Source: a bacterium
GTDB taxonomy: Bacteria > Zhuqueibacterota > Zhuqueibacteria > Residuimicrobiales > Krinioviventaceae
NCBI GenBank assembly: GCA_963674595.2
Contig: CAXXFV010000027.1
Location: 320,001-384,000 of the forward strand
Length of the DNA: 64,000 nt
Direction: 5' to 3'
The notes under the pieces were generated by a model. The model did not search any database and had not been told where the DNA came from. It saw nothing but the letters and a program-made list of their open reading frames with translations. A program made the translations under genes and the position numbers. Each line of letters starts with the position of its first letter. Position 1 is the stretch's first letter. This document shows, piece after piece, positions 1 through 8,940 of this stretch.

Positions 1-76
1 TTATAAAACTAAGGTACCAGATTAAATTTACTGCCGGGAGAATAAACAGATTGTACCTCTCGGACAGTCATGATAA

Positions 77-1099
77 TTAATCTTTGATACAACGAACAGA
101 ATAGCCAAAACTTGCCGAGCTATAACTCCGGCGAATATAGGCATATTTATTATTTAAATGACGATAGCATGCAGCATTCGGCTCATATACTATGTATGGT
201 GTCGACGTCCAAAAATAACAATTGATACCCAAGTTATTAAAAACAGAAGAACCATAAGAGGATCGGCACCCACCAGCTAAAGCTGTAAATCCACTCTCAT
301 TGGTTGCGCCGGTGTTTGGAGCATTCCAATAACCCGTTCCCGTCATTTTCATTTTACCACCTGTGTTACCATCGGTAGAGCGGCCATAACGATCAACTTC
401 ATCCTGACTCATACCCAGGAATAATTCAAGTTCTTTCCAATCATCATCTGTGGGCACATGCCAACCCTCCGGTGCAAGACCTCGTTCGTCATTAACAACA
501 TTCCAGTTATAAAGATAGCCATAGGTTTTTACTATGTTCTGATCATGGTTATAACAGCAATAAGCATCATTATCCAAATTATTCCATTGATTATCGTTCG
601 TAACATAAGGGATCGTTGCACCGGTGCGGTAATGGGTGACTTTTAAGTTCTGCCGCATCCATAATTGGTTGCCGATCTTGATGGTCTTGTAAATATTACC
701 GTCAATGTCAACCATCGTCCCCATATTATAAGTAATTTCATGTGAAATAGTATGGCTTAGTCCCCCCTTGTCCCTCGCTTGCATTTTTGTAGTTACTTTG
801 GTAAATTCGCCAAACGAGTGTAAGGCCTTTTTATCATGACTCCAATCCGTATCCCAGGTCCCGTTGGCATCAAAGTCCCAACGATATTCAAGGTCAATGC
901 TGTCTTCTTCATCTATTGATAGACATGCATCATAATTTATTTGCCCTGCAACTTCTAATGACGGTTCCCAAAGAAATTCAGCCACTGGTTGGCTATTGTC
1001 TGTAGATTGTGAATCGGCAGGATTATCTTTACAACTGTTAAAAGCAACTAAAACCAACAAAATTGCCGACCAAAACATTTTAAAAATATTCCTACACAT
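77..1099 (-). CDS. Lipoprotein with PKD-like domain and FISUMP (Fibrobacter succinogenes major paralogous) domain
   Basis: Lipobox-like AFNSC; PKD-like YRWDFDANGTWDT; FISUMP motifs DIDGNIYKTIKIGNQLWM, YGYLYNW, LAPEGWHVPTDDDW, C-terminal GYSVRCIKD; SD GGAGG upstream. Confidence 0.9.
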   Translation of the reverse strand: MCRNIFKMFWSAILLVLVAFNSCKDNPADSQSTDNSQPVAEFLWEPSLEVAGQINYDACLSIDEEDSIDLEYRWDFDANGTWDTDWSHDKKALHSFGEFTKVTTKMQARDKGGLSHTISHEITYNMGTMVDIDGNIYKTIKIGNQLWMRQNLKVTHYRTGATIPYVTNDNQWNNLDNDAYCCYNHDQNIVKTYGYLYNWNVVNDERGLAPEGWHVPTDDDWKELELFLGMSQDEVDRYGRSTDGNTGGKMKMTGTGYWNAPNTGATNESGFTALAGGCRSSYGSSVFNNLGINCYFWTSTPYIVYEPNAACYRHLNNKYAYIRRSYSSASFGYSVRCIKD

Positions 1100-1194
1100 T
1101 TTCGATCCTCCCTTTTTTAATAATTAATACTCTTTCTCCATAAATTAAATACATTTTTAAATTATATAAATAACACCTCGAGTTAGTTTAACAA

Positions 1195-2517
1195 TCAATC
1201 CTTTACACAGCGTACGGATAATCCACTATTTTTACCAAAACAACCACTGTAAATATCTGAATAATTATAATAAAGATTTCGATAGTAAACAACACCGCTA
1301 TATGTTCCGATACTGGTTGTCCAAAAATAAGCATTGGTTCCCATTTCAAGGAAATCTCCAAATTCAACTTCACGGAAACCGCCGGGAAGAGCATTAAAAC
1401 CGGTTTCATTTGTAGCACCGGCATTCGGGTATTGCCAATGTTCCGAACCTGTTTCTTTAATTTGCCCGCCCTCATTCGTTCCACGCCAACCATATTCACC
1501 AACATCAAACGAGCTCATTCCAAGATACATTTCCAGCTCAATCCAATCGTCATTGGTAGCTACATGCCATCCTTCCGGTGCCAGCCCCCTGTTATCTCTG
1601 ACAGCAAAACAATTATAAAGCCTTCCATAAACGGATACATTGCTTTCATCATTATTATAATTACAATAAGCACCTGTTGACATTAAAATCCAATCAATAT
1701 TATTCGTAATTTCCGGAACAGGATCACCATTTCGATAGTGAATAACTTTTAAATTTTCAGCCATCCAAATTTGGTCACCCAGCTTGACAGTGATATATAC
1801 ATTACCATCTATATCAGTAACCTTGCTTGTATTTGCTAACACTTTTTTTGCAATGGAATTAGTTACACCCCATGAATCTTTAACTTCCAATACAGTATTA
1901 ACTATAGCATAATCTCCAAATGATTTTGAGGTGATTTTTGAATTAGACCAATCCGTATCCCAGGTACCATCACCATCATAGTCCCACCGATATAATAAAT
2001 CATCAACATCTTCAAAATCCGTTGAAGCAGTTGCATCAAAATTAACTTTCCAGGATTCTTCGGGTGCGACAGCCCATGAAAATTGGGCAACAGGTCGGCT
2101 GTTAACATATACAGATTTACTGGTTTCAGAAGTCAATCCGCCGGCTCCTTTAACATTTAATCGAATAACATGTGCTCCACCACCTGTTGTGAAGGTTTTA
2201 GTTATCATATTTTCATCTGACCAATCGGAATCCCATGAACCATCGTTATCCATGTCCCATTGAAAAAACAAATTTGTTTCAGGAAAATCTTCTTCAACAG
2301 ATTCTGATGCATCAAAAACAAAATCAGTCTCATTGGTAATGCCTGTATCTGGAGTTGCTTTAATAACAGCTAAAGGAGGGATACTATCTGTAACGACATT
2401 TTGAGGATCATAAACGTTGTCCAAAACAGGATCTGTTGGTTTTTTCTGGCAGGAAAAAACAATAAAAATTATGATAAAAAGATTTATTATGTTTTTATAT
2501 ATCCATTGAATTTTCAT
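1195..2517 (-). CDS. Lipoprotein with two PKD-like domains and FISUMP domain
   Basis: Lipobox VFSC; two FDASxS...F/YxWDxDxDGxWD modules; DIDGNVYITVKLGDQIWMAENL, YGRLYN, GLSVRCVKD; ATG at 2517 with GGAG SD preferred to TTG at 2529. Confidence 0.9.
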   Translation of the reverse strand: MKIQWIYKNIINLFIIIFIVFSCQKKPTDPVLDNVYDPQNVVTDSIPPLAVIKATPDTGITNETDFVFDASESVEEDFPETNLFFQWDMDNDGSWDSDWSDENMITKTFTTGGGAHVIRLNVKGAGGLTSETSKSVYVNSRPVAQFSWAVAPEESWKVNFDATASTDFEDVDDLLYRWDYDGDGTWDTDWSNSKITSKSFGDYAIVNTVLEVKDSWGVTNSIAKKVLANTSKVTDIDGNVYITVKLGDQIWMAENLKVIHYRNGDPVPEITNNIDWILMSTGAYCNYNNDESNVSVYGRLYNCFAVRDNRGLAPEGWHVATNDDWIELEMYLGMSSFDVGEYGWRGTNEGGQIKETGSEHWQYPNAGATNETGFNALPGGFREVEFGDFLEMGTNAYFWTTSIGTYSGVVYYRNLYYNYSDIYSGCFGKNSGLSVRCVKD

Positions 2518-2574
2518 AGTCAACTCCAAAAATCAGTAGAAAAATATCAAAAAATAAATTGATAATATATCACA

Positions 2575-3562
2575 CTAAAAATTAATATTGAATCCGACAA
2601 CTGTTTCAGAATTTTCTTGAAGATAATGAATATTCGGTCGAATAGAAACTGTTCGATTTTCATTTTTTGGAACAAATAAATAAGCATCACAAGCGTTCCA
2701 TAACCAGATACCAACAGCCGCACCAATATACAGATTACGTCTCTTTTCCCAGTCTTCAACTTTATTATATTTATTCAACATGTCCGTACGTGTGCTGTTT
2801 ATTTCTGAAAGATCTATTGCGTTAACATAAGCATCCCTGGCTGGTTCATAATCATCAATAGCACTATTATACTTGGAATTTGCTAAAAAACGCACCCCCG
2901 ATGGCTAATATTTCCAAAGAGCGATATAAAACGGCTTTGAAAGTATGACCGGAATACTGTTGTCCCCAACCTGGGACTATAAAAGACTTGATCAAAGCTT
3001 TATCTCGAGACTTTGGAGGCGTAAGTATATGTATTGTTTTTAACGTGTCAGATTCTACAGAAATATCTTGTTTCACCTTATTATTTTTCCGTTCCATATC
3101 TACAAATTCGGCAACTATATCATAAATAAATGGGTCCACGATGTTGTTCTGGTAATCATTATAATTTTTATTTTTTGTTGATACTGTCTGTCCTGTTTCA
3201 ACATCTACTATTTGGACAAATAAAGCAAAAGTATTGTTAATTTTATTCAAATTGACGGATACCATACGGTCAACATTAAGTATTTGACCAATCTGAAGAA
3301 TACAGTCTATTGTTTTGCAGATAACTTTTTCTTGAATACCCTGTTTTTTAAAAATATCATTCATATCGCCCTGACTAATAACCTCAAAGTAACCGGAATT
3401 GAGCAAATCGATTCGAAATTGATTTATTATTTGTGACGTTTCCAGAGTTTGCAAACTATCTGTTTCAAGTGTCATAACGGCTACCCGGATTCCGTTATTG
3501 GCCTGACTAAATGAATTAGACAAAAGAGTTAGGACCGTTAAAAGCATTAAACAATTTTTCAT
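2575..3562 (-). pseudogene. CsgG/TolB-N-like domain plus DUF5683-like membrane domain protein, split by a single-base homopolymer frameshift
   Basis: ORF 2867..3562 has a signal peptide, RVAVMTL...FEVISQ...C...C...IGQILNVD...IVDVETGQ and KSRDKALIKSFIVPGWGQQY. It continues in ORF 2575..2895; removing one base from the T6 (2885-2890) or G5 (2895-2899) run fuses them. Could be a sequencing error. Confidence 0.7.
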
Positions 3563-3848
3563 GTAGCTGCTCCAATTGTGTGCAATGATAATTATATTGT
3601 CAAATGCCAGGAGATGGCAATTAACATTCTCTAATGACTTTTATATAAAATTCAAAATCGAAATCTTGAAGCTGTTAGCAAACAAATAAATTATTTTCAC
3701 CCCAATTATTTAAATTGAAATAGAACAGGTTTCTATAATACAATACATGAAATTCAATCTCTTTATATTATTAAACCCAAAATTTTAGTTGGAAAATCAA
3801 TAAACTATATCTTAAAAATATTTAAAATAAAAAGTTATATGACAAAGA

Positions 3849-3877
3849 ATTATACAAAATATGTATGCGCTCTGCAA
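3849..3877 (-). promoter_or_regulatory. Sigma70-type promoter TTGCAG-N17-TATAAT for the CsgG-like/FISUMP operon
   Basis: Minus strand: -35 TTGCAG (3872-3877), 17-nt spacer, perfect -10 TATAAT (3849-3854). Confidence 0.6.
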
Positions 3878-3982
3878 GCAGTTTTTAGCAAAAAATGCAC
3901 TTTTTTTATTTTGTGCTAATATCTTTGGAACAATTGAATTAAATGGATAAAAATGACAAAGGTAATTTAGTGAAAGTTGGTT

Positions 3983-4702
3983 TTATTTTATATGTCCATA
4001 AGGACAAACATACACGCATAATCCACACATGGCCCAATCTTGTGTTTTCTTTATTGCTTTAAAATACTCATCACATTTCTTTGCATTATACCGAAGCTCT
4101 CTCTCTTCGTTAGCGTTAAAACCTCTACCGGTAAATGCCCGGGTAGGACAAATATTTACACACTCTACGCATTCACCACACTGATTCTCAATCATTTGTC
4201 CTGTTGCTTGGAGGGAAGCATCTGTCAGGATAGTTGCAAATCGAACCCGCGGACCGGCAGTCGGTGTTACCAAAAGACAGCTTTTACCTATCCATCCTAA
4301 ACCTGATAAATTTGCCGCCAGTTTATGAGAAAAAGCGCCACTTATTTTTACATCATCCGCTCTTTTTGACGCTGCAATCGGCAGTACACGGTGTCCCAAA
4401 CGTTGTAAATAGCTGCTCATTTCAGACACAATAAGATCGAGGCGGTTATTAATGACATCATAACAATGATGTTTGTATGCCTGGCTTACCTGTTTTTGTT
4501 TTCGGTTCGGCAATTGATCTACAATATCATGAAATAAATTGATTCCGACAGAAATGGCTTTTGGATAAGCACGGAGATGAGGACCATAGTAAGATTCAAT
4601 AGATGAAGCGGCCACATTCAAATCAGCAATTCCAAAGTGGTCGATGTTCCATTTTTCACCTATTCTTCTGAGAGACTGCTGCAAGTTCATATCAACACCC
4701 AT
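3983..4702 (-). CDS. QueG-like (epoxyqueuosine reductase / reductive dehalogenase-related) two-4Fe-4S protein
   Basis: HKLAANLSGLGWIGKSCLLVTPTAGPRVRFATILTD; CGECVECVNICP and C...CGLCVYVCPYG cluster motifs; shorter than canonical QueG; alternative start at 4690. Confidence 0.8.
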   Translation of the reverse strand: MGVDMNLQQSLRRIGEKWNIDHFGIADLNVAASSIESYYGPHLRAYPKAISVGINLFHDIVDQLPNRKQKQVSQAYKHHCYDVINNRLDLIVSEMSSYLQRLGHRVLPIAASKRADDVKISGAFSHKLAANLSGLGWIGKSCLLVTPTAGPRVRFATILTDASLQATGQMIENQCGECVECVNICPTRAFTGRGFNANEERELRYNAKKCDEYFKAIKKTQDWAMCGLCVYVCPYGHIK

Positions 4703-4718
4703 ATTCTGTTCAGGATTT

Positions 4719-4755
4719 AAATTTCAGGGTGAGGCTTTTGCTCACCCTGAAATTT
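4719..4755 (-). terminator. Perfect 15-bp hairpin downstream of the GH3 gene (terminator or stabiliser)
   Basis: AAATTTCAGGGTGAG-gcttttg-CTCACCCTGAAATTT, 12 nt after the GH3 stop. Confidence 0.7.
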
Positions 4756-4767
4756 GTATTAAAATTA

Positions 4768-7165
4768 TCACTCAAACCGGCTCAATTCATTTAACATATA
4801 ATTCGGATAAGCAACATCATGCACTTTTTCGACAATTCTATCCTGAGGTAATTTAAAAGATGTTTCCAGCCGAATGTCTTTGGATGATGCACCGATTTGT
4901 ACTTTATAATCGCCTTTATCTGCCACCCATGCATCTATACCACTCCAGAAAGATGCCAGAGAGCGTTCGTCCAGTTCAAAAGAAAGCTGTTGGTCCTCAC
5001 CCGGTTTCAATAACCGGGTTTTGGCAAAACCTTTTAATTCGTGAACAGGTTTTTCAATCTCTGTTGAAGGTGCTGCTAAATATAGTTGAACAACTTCCTT
5101 TCCAGCCACTTTGCCGGTATTTTTGAGCGTCACATTAACTGTTATTTTATTGGAAAAAGTGCTATTGCTCAACCTCAGATTAGAGTACTCAAAGGTAGTA
5201 TAGGACAGTCCAAAACCAAATTCATAAGCAGTGGGTACATTAAAAGAATCATAATAACGATACCCTACATAAATTCCATCGTTGTAAAGAGAGTAAACAG
5301 GTTCTTCTTCGGGTACGCCGGGGAAAGTGGGCGCTGAAGGAACATCCTCATATTTGATCGGGAAAGAATCCGGTAATTTCCCGGATGGATTGACAGTACC
5401 TTTTAAAATGTCCGCAATGGCATGTCCTCCCTCCTGTCCCGGCTGCCAGGCCAGGAGTATGGCATCGGAATAGTCCCCGCCAATTGGCAGTATCCCATAC
5501 ACCGCCTACGTTAAGGACGACAATAACTTTTTTACCGGCAGCATGAAAAACAGCACTGACGTTTTTTACTAGATCGAGTTCAACCTGTGTTATTGGAATG
5601 TATCCGTTTTCGTAATTTTCTCCGGCGCTTCTACCCAATGTAATAACGGCAATATCAGATTGAGACTCGTATTTTAATATATCTGCTGTTTCAATTTCAG
5701 GCTCTTTGCTAAAAGCGACCAGGCGCTCTTTAAAATGCGGCGGTGCCTGATCATCGACAATGCCGTTATCTTTACGATGTTTAGGAGTATCAAAATATGG
5801 CGGAACAAGATTTTCCCTTTTAATTTTTTCAATCAAGGCGATATAAGCGGTTTCCATCTCCTGTAAAACCTTGAATCCGGCAGCCTGCAGGCCGTCATTC
5901 ACAGACACAGCATATTTATAACTTCGCACACTGCCGCTGCCTGTACCAAAAGGTATCAGGTGATAACTAATTTTACCGAAAAGAGCAATCCTGTTTTTTT
6001 TGCTGATCGGTAATGTTTTATTATCGTTTTTCAGAAGGACAATGCCTTCACTTGCCGCCTCTCTGGCAACTTTAGCATGGGCCTTCAAGTCAGGTTTTAA
6101 GGAGGGTTTATAACCTTTCATGCCGGGAGAATCGAGTTTAAGTTTCATGTTATAGACAAGATTTTTATCAAGTGCAGCTTTATCGAGTTCTTTGTTTTTC
6201 AAGGCGTGTTTTATCTCTTTCAGCTCGCGTTCGTCACCGCTCATGATCAAGTTCAAACCCGCCCTTACCTGGGCAACGGCATCGCCATAGTGCATATCAA
6301 AATCCGTCATATACAAACCGTTAAAGCCCCATTCTTCACGAACAATGCTCTGCAGAATGTCCGGAATTTCCGGTGTGTAATATCCATTCAATTTGTTATA
6401 AGATGTCATAATCGCTTTTGGTTTGCCTTCTTTAACTGCAATCTCATATCCGCGTAAATAGATTTCACGCAAGGCCCTTTGGCTGACCACGGCATTATAT
6501 TTTCGCCGGTTGGATTCCTGATTGTTGGCAAGAAAATGTTTTAACGTCGCACCGACGCCATTGGATTGAAGTCCCCGGACCATGGTCGCCGCCATTTTCC
6601 CGGAAAGCAGTGGGTCTTCTGAATAATACTCGAAATTCCGGCCGCATTTGGGATTACGATGCAGATTCATTCCGGGTCCAAGTAAAAGGTCATAATCATA
6701 TTCCAGCAATTCGTTTCCGAACGCTTTTCCCACCTCTCCTACCAGGTCCGTATTCCAGGTTGCCGCCAAACAGGTCGGTGTTGGAAAGGAAGTTGTGTAC
6801 AAAGGTTCCTTTTCGTCCTTTGCCGGAGCGTTTTTATTAATACCGGACGGTCCGTCGGTCAGGGATGTGGTTTTGATATCCAGTCGCGGGATCAGCATTT
6901 TGGAGTTTCGGTTGGCAATATATTGCTCTGTAACATCTTCCATCTTTAAATGCTCTTTTGGTAAAAAACGGCCATCGCCGACAATCAAGGCGACTTTTTC
7001 ATCCAGTGTCAATCGCGATACCAGGTCTTTGGCCCGTTCTTCCAGCGACTTGCTTTTGTCTTTATACACCGGTATTTCTTTGCTGTCCTGTGCAAACAAA
7101 ACAGCGTACATTAACATAAAAATTAATACTGTTAAAAATAATCCATTAAATTTAAACAACTTCAT
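4768..7165 (-). pseudogene. GH3 beta-glucosidase (GH3_N, GH3_C, Fn3-like) split by a single-base frameshift
   Basis: N-part 5348..7165: TDGPSG, GRNFEYYSEDP, KHFLAN, YMTDF nucleophile region. C-part 4768..5502: DAILLAWQPGQEGG, NPSGKLP, YVGYRYY, ELKGFAK. Deleting one base of the C4 run at 5475-5478 gives ...ANWRDYSDAILLAW. May be a sequencing error. Confidence 0.85.
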
Positions 7166-7268
7166 GCCTCGCCTCCATTTTAATGTAAAATTTAAAGTTA
7201 AATTACTTGAATAACCTCCTGTCCATTTGGATAAATAGTTACACCTTACCTCGATTCAATAATTATTT

Positions 7269-8555
7269 TTATTTATATACCTTGACATAGTCTATAATAA
7301 ACGTATCGGGTAACACAGCTTTGTTCATTTCTTCCATTGTAGCAGGCAGTTCCATGCTGAGAATGATATACTCATCGATATGAGAGATAGCCGTATTCAT
7401 CTCATAATATTTGAATCCATCAATATAAAAAGCATACTTTTCCGGTGTCCATTCCAAAGCAAACGTATGAAATCCTTCACTAACACCCTCAACACGACTC
7501 ATAAAAGCGCCGCTGGTTTTCTGATGAGGACCATAGGCCCAATGAAGATTATGAGAAACCATGTCCTCACCCTGGCCTTTAAAAAATTCAAAAATGTCTA
7601 TTTCCGTACCAAACTCGGCAGGGTCTTCCCCTTGTGCAATTTTTGAAGACTGGATCCAAAAAGCCGCCCAGTTTCCCAGTGACTTTTGCAGTTGAGCGCG
7701 ACATTCATAATAGCCGTATTTTGTCATAAAACGATTTTGTGTACCGACGGCACCTACCTTAATGCTGTCATTTTCTTCAAAGGCCAATAACTCTAAAAAG
7801 CCATCCTCTAGTTTTACGGCATCAGGCGAAACATATCCGATTCTACGGGGGCCAACACCCCTGACGGCCCATTTTTCCGGATCAAGTTTATCACCGTCAA
7901 ACTGGTCTTCCCATGAAAGCTGATAGCCCAGGCTTTCTGCTGTGTATTGTTTGTCGGATATAGGTTTGAACAGATTTTCAACCTGAGTTTTATCTGTTGT
8001 AAGAATCACAGGCAAACGCCATAATCCGCCGCTGTTGCCCCAATCATTCACCTGAATTGCGATTAGATTCGTTTCACCGTATTTTAAATGTTTACTTATC
8101 TTTGTAAAAGTCGGTCTGGCGGCAACGCTGATATTGGCTTCACCAAAATAGCTGACGCTCTTGCCGTTTATAAAGAGTTCATAAGCGTCATTAACACCAC
8201 CTATTTTAAACCAAACATCCTGATCCTTCCAATCTATCGGAATTTCTACGGATTTTCGATACCAGCAAAAACCATCTATATCGCTATATCCCAGGTCTTC
8301 CCAGCGCTGCCCGGCGTCAAGCAGCGCCCAGTTGGAATCATTAAAATCGCTTGCGTACCATTTTTCTGATTTACCGACATTGTTCTCATCGGGACAAAAA
8401 CGCCAACCGTTTGCAATATCTTTAGTTTGCGGCAGGTTATTTTTAGCACATGATGTTGTTATAATGAAAATAATTAAGGAGAGAAGAAAAAATAGTTTTT
8501 TAAAAGTTGGGGATATAACAGATAATTCCTTTGTTGAAATTCCAAAATAGTTCAT
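7269..8555 (-). CDS. GH16 glycoside hydrolase with N-terminal GH2-type sugar-binding beta-sandwich; probable lipoprotein
   Basis: TSC lipobox-like; GFCWYRK...GGVNDAYELFING...GGLWR (GH2_N-like); WEDQFDG, YGYYECR, WAAFW, EIDIFE catalytic motif, IDYVKVY. Confidence 0.85.
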   Translation of the reverse strand: MNYFGISTKELSVISPTFKKLFFLLSLIIFIITTSCAKNNLPQTKDIANGWRFCPDENNVGKSEKWYASDFNDSNWALLDAGQRWEDLGYSDIDGFCWYRKSVEIPIDWKDQDVWFKIGGVNDAYELFINGKSVSYFGEANISVAARPTFTKISKHLKYGETNLIAIQVNDWGNSGGLWRLPVILTTDKTQVENLFKPISDKQYTAESLGYQLSWEDQFDGDKLDPEKWAVRGVGPRRIGYVSPDAVKLEDGFLELLAFEENDSIKVGAVGTQNRFMTKYGYYECRAQLQKSLGNWAAFWIQSSKIAQGEDPAEFGTEIDIFEFFKGQGEDMVSHNLHWAYGPHQKTSGAFMSRVEGVSEGFHTFALEWTPEKYAFYIDGFKYYEMNTAISHIDEYIILSMELPATMEEMNKAVLPDTFIIDYVKVYK

Positions 8556-8940
8556 TCAATGTCCTTTCATTTAACATTTTAATCTGTTAACGGAGAATGT
8601 AATGGAACCTAACTCGTGTCATTTAGGAGAGTTTCTTTCTCACAGAGTAAAAAAGTATTGCTTAGATAATATAAGAAATTCCCCCTCTATTTTAAACCCA
8701 TTTTTAAAAACTATTAAACTTTTATACAACATAAAATACTGATGGACTGATTTTATGATTGCCTTTTGAAAAATAAAAATATGAGAAGACGGTTAGATTT
8801 TGCTAAAATTTGCAGGTTGGAAAGGTTTTATTCAAGAAACGGGTAAAACTGAATATAAGATATAAACTAAATGAAAGATTATAATAGACATTCCTTTTCA
8901 GAATAGAGTATGTTTATAGACAATATTGAGTTATAATGTA

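Noticed and set aside
1-76. AGGTAC...GTACCT inverted repeat after the FISUMP gene as a DGR homing hairpin
   Set aside because: Only 6 bp with a long loop, and no template repeat or reverse transcriptase in the window
3605-3660. GGAGATGGCA...TAATGACT resembling a fluoride (crcB) riboswitch
   Set aside because: P1 and pseudoknot pairings do not fit, it lies on the plus strand with no plus-strand gene downstream, and no fluoride-related gene is nearby
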